Positions 30,201-38,803 of a stretch of DNA of 64,000 nucleotides are shown piece after piece. The DNA comes from an uncultured Planctomycetia bacterium. Its GTDB lineage: Bacteria > Planctomycetota > Planctomycetia > Pirellulales > S012-138. Numbering within the stretch: position 1 is the first letter of the stretch; each line of letters begins with the position of its first letter. The notes under the pieces were generated by a model, which searched no databases, was not told the origin of the DNA, and saw nothing but the letters and a program-made list of their open reading frames with translations. The position numbers and the translations under genes are program-made. The DNA lies in NCBI GenBank assembly GCA_963809785.1, contig CAWEKV010000002.1:1006689-1070688 (forward strand), given 5' to 3'.

Positions 30201-31093
30201 ATTTCAACGTCTTCAGCGAAGCGCATGCCCGCATGGACGGCGCCCAGTGGCTGTTTGCCAAGAGCCAGGGCGCGCCAGTGAACGTGCAGTACATCTTCGG
30301 CTCGCCCGACGGCATTCCGGTGACCGGCGACTTCAACGGAGACGGCACCACGGAGGCCGGCATCTATCGCCGCGGCGAGTGGTTCATCAACGTCAACGGC
30401 AACGGTGTCTGGGACGAGAACGATCTCTACTGCCAGCTCGGCAGCGAGACGGAGCTGCCCGTCACCGGCGATTGGGACGGCGACGGCAAGACCGACATCG
30501 GCATCTACGGGCCCGAATGGCCGACCGACCCGCGGGCGGTGATGGTCGAGCCGGGCCTACCGGACCGAGCCAACGAATCGCCCCGCGGCGCGAAGCTCAA
30601 CCTGCCGCCGCCGCTCGATGTGGCCGACGCCGAGAAGCGGATCCTCAAGTTCACCGCCTCGGGCCGCGAGCGGGCCAACGTCATCGACCACGTCTTCTAC
30701 TATGGCAAGGCCAACGACTTGCCCGTGGCGGGCGACTGGAACGGCGACGGCGTGGCCACGGTCGGCGTCTTCGCCGGCGGCCAGTGGACGCTGGACGACA
30801 ACGGCGACGGCCGCTGGCAGCCCGGCGAAACGATGATGCAATTCGGCCAGGCCGGCGACATCCCCGTAGTGGGCGACTGGAACGGCGACGGCGTGGACGA
30901 CGTGGGCGTCTACCGCCAGGGCACGTGGATGCTGGACACCAACGGCAACCACTCGATCGATTCGTCCGACCGCGTCGAGCGTCTGGGCGGCGCCAACGAC
31001 AAGCCGGCGGTCGGCGACTGGGACGGCGACGGCCGCGACGAGATCGGCCTCTACCGCAAGGGCGGCGGCGTCCAGCGGCCCGACGGCACGTAG
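27293..31093 (+). CDS. Large extracellular adhesin-like protein: LEPRxLL-type motif, SdrD-B/Cna-like repeats, poly-Pro linker, FG-GAP-like (GDWNGDG) repeats
   Basis: FEELEPRIAL; repeated SG.V..D.D.D...E..I.GV...L...G.....T.TD.NG.Y.F..L....Y.I.E.QP; a near-identical ~360-bp tandem duplication (~28725-29445); GDW(N/D)GDG repeats. Confidence 0.9.
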   Translation: MTHDSNSRSTLVGLFNLVRSLSKSRAISGRRSVERVCRFEELEPRIALSATPGPEIVVGATYTEQSMPEAAGDRFEVAWVGGAEGTQLTQLTISGDQDGSGGLSIGDVFFDPDANAPGVNDFSSFNILPESNITAAQIQSMSITNGGTTLTLQVTGWDAGEKLVFTIDVDEQDNVPNTQVEGAEFEPSLLTATFVTPDGSYQDLTSGGSPGGTYRDAYTVPVGLGNLLTADSGTQENDPRAGLSFTDRQTPNPIHISGNVYHDFDLDANRDASEVTVTDPGGSHLPVELELFIKDGSNWVSTGLTTFTDTNGDYEFVHDQFGEFQVRETQPDGYFSTTPNVQTTPFLGPGQSSTGHDFGEALPGVLSGHVYHDIDNDGVFDSGAGENALSGVTVTLRDSAGNLIGTDHTDAGGFYEFAELDPTLAYTITETQPGTHLDGKDTLGTAGGDDSTNNVFREIAFTHSGDSGTDYDFGEILPASIAGKVFLDKDGDCEQQEGEPGIAGVLIELLDGSGNPVLDGAGNPITTLTDANGEYHFDDLDPRLTYQIKENQPDGYLDSGEEPGTAGGVVLVNDIISEIHLQPGEHATDYHFCENEPPSIAGKVFLDKDGDCEQQEGEPGIAGVLIELLDGSGNPVLDGSGNPITTLTDVNGEYRFDNLLPNVTYQIKENQPTQYLDSGEEPGTAGGVVLVNDIISEIQLQPGEHATDYHFCENERPTISGYVFQDGPPIELADGQDPASVNPYTLRDGVKTPDDTPLAGVVLRLGDAEGNFLTDGSGNFIETVTDENGFYEFTGLDATTYTVFQMHPSGYRDSIDTPGSTGGTAANPANLGHPDLAGMSHSMDAIAHITVTAGQNSQNNNFSEVVMVELPPPPPPPPPPPPPPPPSPPLPGPLGPLPTGMGPGPGLAPPLPPPGGGAANLVFYGGGAPITPTAPGYTFHLSVTDCGRPRGEFQTAALTDGAMRTAGLLNFNVFSEAHARMDGAQWLFAKSQGAPVNVQYIFGSPDGIPVTGDFNGDGTTEAGIYRRGEWFINVNGNGVWDENDLYCQLGSETELPVTGDWDGDGKTDIGIYGPEWPTDPRAVMVEPGLPDRANESPRGAKLNLPPPLDVADAEKRILKFTASGRERANVIDHVFYYGKANDLPVAGDWNGDGVATVGVFAGGQWTLDDNGDGRWQPGETMMQFGQAGDIPVVGDWNGDGVDDVGVYRQGTWMLDTNGNHSIDSSDRVERLGGANDKPAVGDWDGDGRDEIGLYRKGGGVQRPDGT

Positions 31094-31275
31094 GACGGAT
31101 TTTCAATCCGTCCGCCGTGGCACGGGCTTCCAGCCCGTGCCGGCCACGTCCCTTCACGCAGCGTGGTGCAATGTCCAGCGGCGCATGGCCAAGATGGCCA
31201 TGCCACGCATTCATTACACACTCGTCCGAGGCTCCGCCTCGGAACGCACTGCCCGCCAGGCTCTGCCTGGCGTGG
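31090..31275. repeat. REP-like palindrome cluster
   Basis: gtaggacggattttcaatccgtcc; cacgggcttccagcccgtg; gcatggccaagatggccatgccacg (also at ~33964). Confidence 0.75.
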
Positions 31276-31317
31276 GCAAACCTTGCTTCACCCAACCGCC
31301 CGCGTGACAATAGGCGC

Positions 31318-31556
31318 ATGAGCCCCGCGCAACTACGTCTGCTGCATTCTGCCCGGCCTTTCAAACCGTTCGAGCTTCACCTGGCCGACAGCCGTACGAT
31401 CGGCGTCGAGCATCCTGAGCAGCTTGCAATCTCTCCCAATGGCCGCACGATTGCTGTGGCACGCCCCGATGATACGACGAGAGCATCGACATGCTGCTTG
31501 TGGCGAGCCTGAAACCGCGGCCCAACGGCCGACACACGCGGCGCCGGCGCGCATAG
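31318..31556 (+). CDS. Small hypothetical protein (planctomycete-type 'PF.PF.L.LADG..V.HPE' family), frameshift near 31475
   Basis: MSPAQLRLLHSARPFKPFELHLADSRTIGVEHPE...; continues in another frame as IDMLLVASL. Confidence 0.65.
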
Positions 31557-31899
31557 CCGCCCCCGCTCAATCGCTGATCCGCCCTGAGAATCTACAGCTC
31601 AGGATGACATGCCGCGAGCCGCAAATCGCCGATTTGCCAGGACGGCGGCGGGAGGCGCAAGGCGTGCAAAGGCGCAATGACTCACGTCGCCGCTGTCGTC
31701 GAAGGCCATCAACGCCTTGCCTGGCAAGCATTTCCGTCGTGCCTCCGCCCTGCATGTCCTGCCAAAACTGCCTTAAAATGTGACACAAACGGAAGACCAG
31801 GTCGTTGCCGCAGCGGTTTCGCGGACCTCTTGTGCGCACGAACGTCCGCTGGTGGCGCGTCGGCATCGAGTTTCGATTGCACCTGTGTGGTATCGCTTT

Positions 31900-32144
31900 G
31901 GCTAGCCGCCCTCGCGGCCCGATAACGCCATCGTTTCAGACTGAACAAGGTACGGCGCAATGGTTCACCGCCACGCCATCAACGCGACGGCCGCTAAGAG
32001 AGTCAGCGCGAAGAGCGTCCACAGGCTGAACTGATACCAGCAGCGTCGCCGACGCGGCGGCGCCGCACGTGCAGCCGTTGAGTCGCTCGGGCCGCGGCTA
32101 TCCGCTGGTTCGGCCTGGGTTGCTTCGGGGCGGGGCTGCGTCAT
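31900..32144 (-). pseudogene. Truncated duplicate of the N-terminus of the neighbouring LRR gene
   Basis: WYQFSLWTLFALTLLAAVALMAWR*TIAPYLVQSETMAL versus WYQFSLWALFALTLLTAIVLMAWRWTIAP.VAQAETMAL; TGG>TGA, then homology is lost. Confidence 0.75.
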
Positions 32145-32158
32145 CGTTGTGGGCCTCG

Positions 32159-33737
32159 CTATTGGCCGGCATCGGGACTGGTCGAAGCTTTCGGCTTTGG
32201 TCGCGTGCCCGAGAGGATTCGGCACGCTGGCAGCGCCGTCCCAAGCTTGGCCAGGCCCTTGTTGGTGAGGCGGGTGTTTCTAACCTCCAGCCTGGTGAGG
32301 CCGGTGAGTTTTCCCAAGTGCTCGACCGCAGCGTCCGTAATCTCCGTCTCGTCGAGATGGAGATGCCGCAGCTTGACCAAACCGGCGAGATGAACCATTC
32401 CCGCATCGGTGACTCTCGTGCCGCTGAGCCCGAGCCACTCGAATTCCTTGAGCCGCGCCAGTTCGGCCAATCCTTGGTCGGAGACGCCCGTTCCGTAAAT
32501 CCCAAGGCCCCTGAGCTTGGGCAGGCCAGCAAGCTCTCGCAGACCGAACGTCCGTCACCTGGGTGCCCCAAAGAGAAAGTGCCTCGAGGTCCGGAAGATT
32601 CTTCAAATGGGCGAGGCCGGCGTTGGTGATGGCGCCCCGTAGGGCCAGCGTCTTCAACGTGGCAAGGCCGCGGAGGTGGATCAGGGCCGCGTCGCTCACG
32701 TTCGGCCCGCCTATGCTCAAGTCCTCCAACTCCGTGAGACCGGCCAAGTGCGCGAAACCTGCGTCGCCAACCTGGGTGCCCGCGAGGTGGAGTTTTCGCA
32801 GACCCTTCTTCTCGGCCAGACAGGCCAGCCCCGCACTGGTGATGCGTTGGCCCCGTAGGCTGAGGCCTGTCAGCTGGGGCATGCCGCTCAGATGAAGAAG
32901 GCCCTCATCCGTGATCTGAGGCGAGAAAGAACCCACGGATCGGAGGTTCGGCGTCTTGGCGATCTCGATCAGTTGTTCGTCAACCATCGGACCGTGAAAC
33001 CAGGCCTCGGTGACGCTGCACATCCGGCTGAAGAGCGCGGCGTCAACGGCCTGGAAGGCGTCAAACAGCGTGGGCTCCTCGAAGAAGTCGGCGCCGACGC
33101 GCCCGGAGAGCTTGGGGTCAACGTTCACCTTCCTGGTGGGGTCGTTCAAGCAATTCAGCCAGGCGCCGCTGCGCAAAGCGCCGCGATCGTGCGCCGCTGG
33201 CTGCGATAGACCTGAAGATCAGGGCTCGCATCTTGCAACGTCGCCAGGGCGTCTGCGGAAACGCTCGTCGAATCGAGAATCAGCCACCGCAGGCTCTTCG
33301 TGCCCGAAAGCTGCGCCACTTGTTCATCGCCGAAGGCCTGGCCGCCGACCAGCAGGATTTCCAGCCGCGGCAGCCGGGCGACGGCGGCAACGTACTCATC
33401 CGGCCGGTCGCAATCGGCCAGGTTCACGAGCGTCGCGTCGCCCAGGTCTTGGCCCGCCAATTGGCTCATCCACTTGGGCGCCGGCTGCGACTGGTAGCTG
33501 CCGCCCAGCCGCTCGACCAGTGCCATCGTCTCGGCCTGAGCAACGTACAGGCGCAATCGTCCATCGCCACGCCATCAGCACGATGGCGGTCAGCAGCGTC
33601 AGCGCGAAGAGCGCCCAGAGGCTGAACTGATACCACCGCCGCCGAGGCCGGGGCGCGAAGCCGTCGGCAGGTGAAGTATCGGGGTGGCGGCCATCCGGTA
33701 CTTCAGTTTCGGTTCGCTGGGCGTCGGGTTGGGTCAT
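32159..33737 (-). CDS. Leucine-rich-repeat (RNI-like) membrane-anchored protein, frameshifted
   Basis: N-terminal WYQFSLW + TM segment; repeated L..L.L.GTQV.DAGL.HL.GL units across ORFs 33155-33556, 32280-33176 and 32159-32470. Confidence 0.85.
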
Positions 33738-34109
33738 CTTGGCGAGCCTTGGATGCACGTGGATTCTCCGTCCCGCATCGTGGCTACGTCAAGTTTCGAC
33801 GGACCTGAAGTGTGCCTCGGACCGCGACCGTCGCCCCGGAGGGGGAAAGGGGATTTGAAAAACCGCCCTTGCACCTGCCATGCGTTATCCGCACGTGATA
33901 CGGCGGCACTGGCTGGTAGGCGTGCGGGGCCCGTCGCGCCCGAGCGTTGCATCATTCCATCGCGCATGGCCAAGATGGCCATGCCACGGCATGTCTCTCG
34001 AGCTGCGCGGAGCATCGTCGATCAAATAGCGTGGCCGCGACGGGAGGGCCGTCGCGGCCACAAAATTGATAGCACGAAGTTGGGCGTCAAACGCCCCGCT
34101 CGAGCATGC

Positions 34110-34469
34110 CTACCGCCGGAAGCTCACAGTGCGAAAGCCTAGCGGTTTGCTCTCCGCCTTGCCGTCGCCCTTCGTTCCGTTCATCGGCGGCGGAGGTGGC
34201 GGCTTGGCCCCGCCTCCGTCGTGGCCGCCATGGCCGTGCCCACCGTGGCCGCCGTGACAGCCATAGCCGCCGTGACCACCGTGGCAGCCGTAGCCGCCGT
34301 GACAACCATAGCCGCCGTGGCATCCGCCATAGCCGCCATGGCATCCGCCGTAGCCGCCGTGACATCCGCAACACCCGTGGCCGGCCAACGCGGCCCCATC
34401 CCCGGCGAACATAAAGCCAAGGACGACGGCCAAAAATGCCGACGCGGCAAGAAGCAATACGCGGTTCAT
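34110..34469 (-). CDS. Small secreted Gly/Cys/His/Tyr-rich repeat protein (GCHGGY)n
   Basis: Signal peptide, GHGCCG, six GCHGG(Y/H) units, poly-Pro; GGAGG RBS. Confidence 0.8.
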   Translation of the reverse strand: MNRVLLLAASAFLAVVLGFMFAGDGAALAGHGCCGCHGGYGGCHGGYGGCHGGYGCHGGYGCHGGHGGYGCHGGHGGHGHGGHDGGGAKPPPPPPMNGTKGDGKAESKPLGFRTVSFRR

Positions 34470-34582
34470 CGTAGGACCTCCAAGTAGCGGTTGAAGCAGA
34501 GACACACAAACCACCCGACCCCACGGCCGCGATTTAAGACGTAAATCGCGGTCATGGGAGAGCCGCGCCGCTGTGCCCTTCG

Positions 34583-34615
34583 GCAAACGTTGTGCCTTTG
34601 GCAAACAACGTGCCG
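34583..34615 (-). promoter_or_regulatory. Two tandem sigma-54 (-24/-12) motifs
   Basis: Minus strand CGGCACGTTGTTTGC (34615-34601) and AGGCACAACGTTTGC (34597-34583); both GGCAC-N5-TTGC, pointing at the GCHGGY gene. Confidence 0.65.
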
Positions 34616-34793
34616 ACGCTGCTTGCCTGGCCAGCCCCACTTGGTGCGGATTCAGCCTCTTACAAGCGGAGGACCGAAGCCCCGACGCTCAAGTCCACCG
34701 TTCTGTCAGCCTTTGTGAAAAGGAAACCCGGCTTTGATCCGCCCACCATGAGGTCGAAGCAGGTGCGCAATGCCGTTCCTCGCTTGGGCAACG

Positions 34794-35009
34794 CTATGCG
34801 CAGCTGCGCTCGTCGCACGAGTTGCAAAAGTCGTCCGCCTCTTTCTCTGCCTGTTCCTTGACATAGCCATAGCGTTGTTGCAGCCTGCCAACGAGCTGGT
34901 CTTTCTTGCCGCCGATTACGTCCAGGTCGTCGTCCGTGAGCTTGCCCCACTTCTCTTTCACCTTCCCCTTGAACTCTTTCCATTGGCCTTTCATGGTCGT
35001 CCAGTTCAT
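34794..35009 (-). CDS. csbD: CsbD-family stress protein
   Basis: MNW..MKGQWKEFKGKVKEKWGKLTDDDLDVI.GK.DQLVG.LQQRYG..KE.A. Confidence 0.93.
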   Translation of the reverse strand: MNWTTMKGQWKEFKGKVKEKWGKLTDDDLDVIGGKKDQLVGRLQQRYGYVKEQAEKEADDFCNSCDERSCA

Positions 35010-35187
35010 GGCGATCTCCTTAAGTATCCAGGAAAAGCAAGGCCGCAGCGGCTGGGCTGCGGCCTATCCGAGCTGGTGTGAAATTACCAACTCATCGACG
35101 AAAGCGAATTTGTCGCTTGGACCATTCGCTTGTCTGCGGTCCTTAGAGCAACCAGCGTGCCGCACGGCCGCGCGGGGCCTAGCAAAA

Positions 35188-35397
35188 CTACGAGCCGATC
35201 ACGCGTCCCTGGCGGTCCAGTTCGGAGCCGCATCCAGGGCACGTCCAGCCGCCCTGAAGAAACTGGCGCCCGCTCGTGGGCACCCGCAACCGGGGCAACC
35301 GCTCGCGGCACTTCGGGCACCTGCACCGCGGCAACAAGACCAGCAGGATGAGCAAAACGACGACTGTCGGAGCCACGCCGAAGAGCCAGAGGTCCAT
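35188..35397 (-). CDS. Small membrane protein with zinc-ribbon (CPKC...CPGC)
   Basis: TM segment followed by CPKC and GGWTCPGCG; GGAG RBS. Confidence 0.65.
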   Translation of the reverse strand: MDLWLFGVAPTVVVLLILLVLLPRCRCPKCRERLPRLRVPTSGRQFLQGGWTCPGCGSELDRQGRVIGS

Positions 35398-35683
35398 AGG
35401 TGCTCCCGTTGACGGTTCACCTCGGAGCGATGCATCTATTCTAGTGGGCAACCATCGGCTGCCACAATCCAGCCGTGCATTGCCGCACCTTCGCCTCGGT
35501 CACCGTACAACCTATAGACGCTTGATTTCTTCGCGCCGCGCGAAGATTCTTTGAGCAGTCGTCATGCCGCGCGCGGCATGACCGACTGTTCGGACAAGAA
35601 GTCCGCGGGGCAACGCCCTTTGGCCGTAGCACTGAGCTTCAAAGGCAGTTCACCAGAAGGAAACGAAGGCAACGAACGAGATC

Positions 35684-37348
35684 ATGAACCAGAAGACTCA
35701 CTGCACGGCACTCGTCGCCTTGATGGCAGTCCTGCTGCCCCGCGCCTTGCCCGCGGACGAGCCGCAGCTCGTCGCCCGTTGGAAGCTGGCCGGCAATGCC
35801 GACGACTCATCGGGCAGCGGACTGCACGCCACGAATCGCGGTGTAGACTTCCTGGCCCGGGGACCCGATGGCAAGGCCCCCGCCGCCAGGTTCGACGGCG
35901 CGAAGAGTCACGTCAGCGTGCCCTCCTCGCCGGCCCTGCGGCTCGGCACGGACGACTTTACGCTCGCTTTGTGGATTCACACGGCGGAGACGCTCGACGA
36001 CGATCTCGGCGACCTCGTTACGCTCTACGATGCCGAGAAGCGGGTCGGCATCAATTTGACTCTGAGGAACAATACCGGCGTCACGAGCTGCCAGCCAAAC
36101 GCCCGCCAGCTCCAGTTCGGCATCGACGCGGGCAGCGAGCCCAAGTGGACCGACGAGGGGCGGCCCGGCAACGCCGTGCTGGCGTTTGCGTTGGCCGTGC
36201 ATGACGGGAAGCTCTACGCAGGGACCGCCGCCAACGGCCGAGAGGACGTCGGCCGCGTCTACCGCTACGACGGCACCGGCCGATGGACCGACTGCGGCGC
36301 GCCGGACAAGTGTAACGCCATTTCGGCCTTGGCCGTGTTCAACGGCCGGCTCTACGCGGCCTCTTCGAAATACCGCTTCGGCGGATCATCGCTCGCCGAG
36401 TCGGAGAACGCCAACCTGGGGGGCAAGGTCTACCGGTACGAGGCGGACGGCCGTTGGACAGAGATCGGCCGCTTACCCGGCACCGAGGCCATAGGCGGTC
36501 TGGTGGTCTACAAGGGCCGGCTGTATGCGTCGTCGCTCTACAAGCCGGCCGGGTTCTTCCGTTATGAGGCCGACGGCCGCTGGACGTCGCTGGCCGTGCC
36601 CGACGGCAAACGGGTCGAGTCGCTCGGCGTCTACAACGGCTTCCTCTGGGCGACCAGCTACGACGGCGGCCGCGTATATCGCTTCGATGGTCAGTCGTGG
36701 GCGGACTTCGGCCAGCTCGGCGAGAACACGCAGACGTATTCGTTTGCCGTGCACCGGGGGCAATTGTGCGTGGGCACCTGGCCCAGCGGCAGAGTGTATC
36801 GCCGGGCCAGCGACTCGTGGGAGGACATGGGCCGCCTGGGAAGCGAGCTGGAAGTGATGGGCATGCTGGTTCACAACGGCCAGTTGTACGCCGGCACGCT
36901 TCCGCTGGCCGAAGTGTACCGCTACGACGGCGGGCAGAGGTGGACCAAGACCGCCCAGCTCGACAAGACGCCGGACGTGAGGTACCGCCGCGCCTGGACG
37001 ATGGCCCAATATCGGGGCCGGCTCTTCTCGAGCACGCTCCCTTCGGGGCACATTCACTCGCTGGAAGCCGGGGCGTGCGTGACCCACGACCACGAGCTGC
37101 CGGCCGGCTGGCGGCACGTGGCCGCCGTGAAAGAGAAAAACCGCCTGCGGCTGTACGTGGATGGGAAGCCCGTCGCGGAATCGGCTCCCTTCGACCCCGC
37201 CAGGTTCGACCTGACGAGCAGTGAGCCGCTCACGATCGGCTCAGGCGCCGGCGACTTCTTCAAGGGCTCGCTGAGCGACGTGCGATTGTACCGCGGGGCG
37301 CTGGATGAGCCAGCAATTCGCGGGCTGACGGGTGCGGGTCGAAAATGA
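35684..37348 (+). CDS. Secreted LamG-like jelly-roll protein with an inserted beta-propeller
   Basis: Signal peptide; LamG N-half (ARFDG, DFTLALWI) and C-half (WRHVAAV, LYVDG, LTIG, FKGSLSDVRLY) flanking repeats of L.V..G.LYAGT...G.VYRYDG..W. Confidence 0.85.
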   Translation: MNQKTHCTALVALMAVLLPRALPADEPQLVARWKLAGNADDSSGSGLHATNRGVDFLARGPDGKAPAARFDGAKSHVSVPSSPALRLGTDDFTLALWIHTAETLDDDLGDLVTLYDAEKRVGINLTLRNNTGVTSCQPNARQLQFGIDAGSEPKWTDEGRPGNAVLAFALAVHDGKLYAGTAANGREDVGRVYRYDGTGRWTDCGAPDKCNAISALAVFNGRLYAASSKYRFGGSSLAESENANLGGKVYRYEADGRWTEIGRLPGTEAIGGLVVYKGRLYASSLYKPAGFFRYEADGRWTSLAVPDGKRVESLGVYNGFLWATSYDGGRVYRFDGQSWADFGQLGENTQTYSFAVHRGQLCVGTWPSGRVYRRASDSWEDMGRLGSELEVMGMLVHNGQLYAGTLPLAEVYRYDGGQRWTKTAQLDKTPDVRYRRAWTMAQYRGRLFSSTLPSGHIHSLEAGACVTHDHELPAGWRHVAAVKEKNRLRLYVDGKPVAESAPFDPARFDLTSSEPLTIGSGAGDFFKGSLSDVRLYRGALDEPAIRGLTGAGRK

Positions 37349-37365
37349 CCCGCGGCGTTTTGCGG

Positions 37366-37728
37366 CTATGGAGTGGAATCCGCCCGACTCCAACTCAGCT
37401 CCCGCGTCCGTTCGTTGAAGAAAACTCGTCCGCGTCCGTCGCGCTGGCGGACGACGATGTAGTTGGCGTGGAATTCGATCGCCGTCACGCTTTCCAAGGT
37501 CGATCCGGAGGCGCTCGACTCCGTGTCCTGCACCATGTATCGGACCTTCAAATCGCCGTTTTCCGAACGAACGACAGCCGGTTCCGGCGTGACCGGTTGG
37601 GACGCGCTCCACGCCGTGGCGATCCAGATCAGGCCCACGGCAACGGCCCCACCCAGGCCGGCGATGATGACCGGTAGATTCTTCTGCAGTTCCTGTTGCT
37701 GACGCGTTTGCAGGACATCGGAAGTCAT
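37366..37728 (-). CDS. Hypothetical single-TM protein
   Basis: 120-aa ORF with one hydrophobic segment. Confidence 0.6.
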   Translation of the reverse strand: MTSDVLQTRQQQELQKNLPVIIAGLGGAVAVGLIWIATAWSASQPVTPEPAVVRSENGDLKVRYMVQDTESSASGSTLESVTAIEFHANYIVVRQRDGRGRVFFNERTRELSWSRADSTP

Positions 37729-37767
37729 GGCATTGGTCTCTCATCAGGCAAGGAGGATAGACAATCG

Positions 37768-38163
37768 TCAGGCTTTTCTCTTGTTGCGAGCTCGCTTCGT
37801 TGCAGTGGCCTCGCGGCGATCGTCTCGGAGCGGCTTGCTACCCGAACCATGAGACGGCGATTCATCCGCGAGAGATGGCCGAAATTCGATGCTCAGTCGC
37901 TTATTGAGCGCCGATGCAATCTTCCACAGCATCGAGACGGAGTGACCGCTATAGTTTGTGTCCTCCAGGCGCGCAATCGCCGATTGAGCCGTGCCAACCC
38001 GCTTGGCCAGTTCTTTTTGAGTCAGCTGCGCCTCATTCCTGGCTACGTAAATCTGCCTGGCAATCTCAGCGTTGAATTGCTCTTTTTGCACCGCATCGAG
38101 CAGCCCTGGATCGGCTGCCAGCTTCTTGCGAAGAACGGCGGCGAAGTCTTTGGTCTGAGGCAT
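37768..38163 (-). CDS. HigA-like XRE HTH antitoxin
   Basis: IYVARNEAQLTQKELAKRVGTAQSAIARLE..NY.GHS..ML..IA.AL. Confidence 0.88.
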   Translation of the reverse strand: MPQTKDFAAVLRKKLAADPGLLDAVQKEQFNAEIARQIYVARNEAQLTQKELAKRVGTAQSAIARLEDTNYSGHSVSMLWKIASALNKRLSIEFRPSLADESPSHGSGSKPLRDDRREATATKRARNKRKA

Positions 38164-38167
38164 CGAC

Positions 38168-38548
38168 TTAAAGCTCGAAGCTGGCCGTGTACTTGGATGG
38201 GTTCCGGTGAACCAGGGCCATTCGTTCAATGGACAGATCGATATCGTGCGGGTCGATCTTTGCTTCCTTCGTTATCGCATGGATCAGGACCGCATCATTT
38301 TTTCCTTGGTAGCCGTAGAACATGCGGTATTGGACGGTACCTTCCTTTGCCCGCAGCTCATGAATACCGTCTCGAAGGTAGTCGCTCAGCGGCCTTCGCA
38401 ATTCGTGTCCGTAGGTGGCCAAAGCGAGAATCCTCTCTACACATTTGACGTAGGCCTTCGGCCGCCGCTCCTCCAAAAGATCCAGCCATTCCAGAACCGG
38501 CATGGAGCCGTCCGCCTTGCGAAAGATGCGAACGACGGTCTGGGGCAT
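38168..38548 (-). CDS. RelE/ParE-superfamily (HigB/Gp49-like) toxin
   Basis: G..PV.EWL..L, G.ELRRP..DYLRDGIHELR, YR.FY, L.HA.TK; lies upstream of the HTH gene. Confidence 0.88.
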   Translation of the reverse strand: MPQTVVRIFRKADGSMPVLEWLDLLEERRPKAYVKCVERILALATYGHELRRPLSDYLRDGIHELRAKEGTVQYRMFYGYQGKNDAVLIHAITKEAKIDPHDIDLSIERMALVHRNPSKYTASFEL

Positions 38549-38556
38549 CACCCACC

Positions 38557-38576
38557 AAATAACAATATTGTTATTT
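38557..38576. promoter_or_regulatory. Perfect 20-bp palindromic operator of the TA operon
   Basis: AAATAACAATATTGTTATTT, 9 bp upstream of the toxin ATG. Confidence 0.8.
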
Positions 38577-38686
38577 TCGGCCTTTGGCAAGCCGGACTTC
38601 GATGCCTGTTGAGTTTGGCCCGGCTGCTGGCGTCGCTACCTGCCTCTTTCCGGCTCCGCTTCGCGTATGTTCTAATGGAGCGTGAA

Positions 38687-38770
38687 AGGGGTCGGGAGTC
38701 AATTTCGCGGCGAATGTGGCTGGCGATCATGGCATGGCGCACTGGCCACGAAATTGACTCCCGACCCCGT
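38687..38770. repeat. REP-like inverted repeat
   Basis: ggggtcgggagtcaatttcg ... cgaaattgactcccgacccc; related copy at ~46066-46149. Confidence 0.8.
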
Positions 38771-38803
38771 GACCCGGCGACTGCGTAAGCCAGGAGATTT
38801 CCC

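Noticed and set aside
31677-31710. MTHVAAVVEGH, resembling the start of a DUF4276-like protein
   Set aside because: Only about 11 codons of resemblance; too short to support a call.
31965-31967. In-frame TGA in the LRR duplicate as Sec or UGA=Trp recoding
   Set aside because: It aligns to Trp in the paralogue, has no Cys context, the frame decays soon after, and TGA is used as a normal stop elsewhere in the window.
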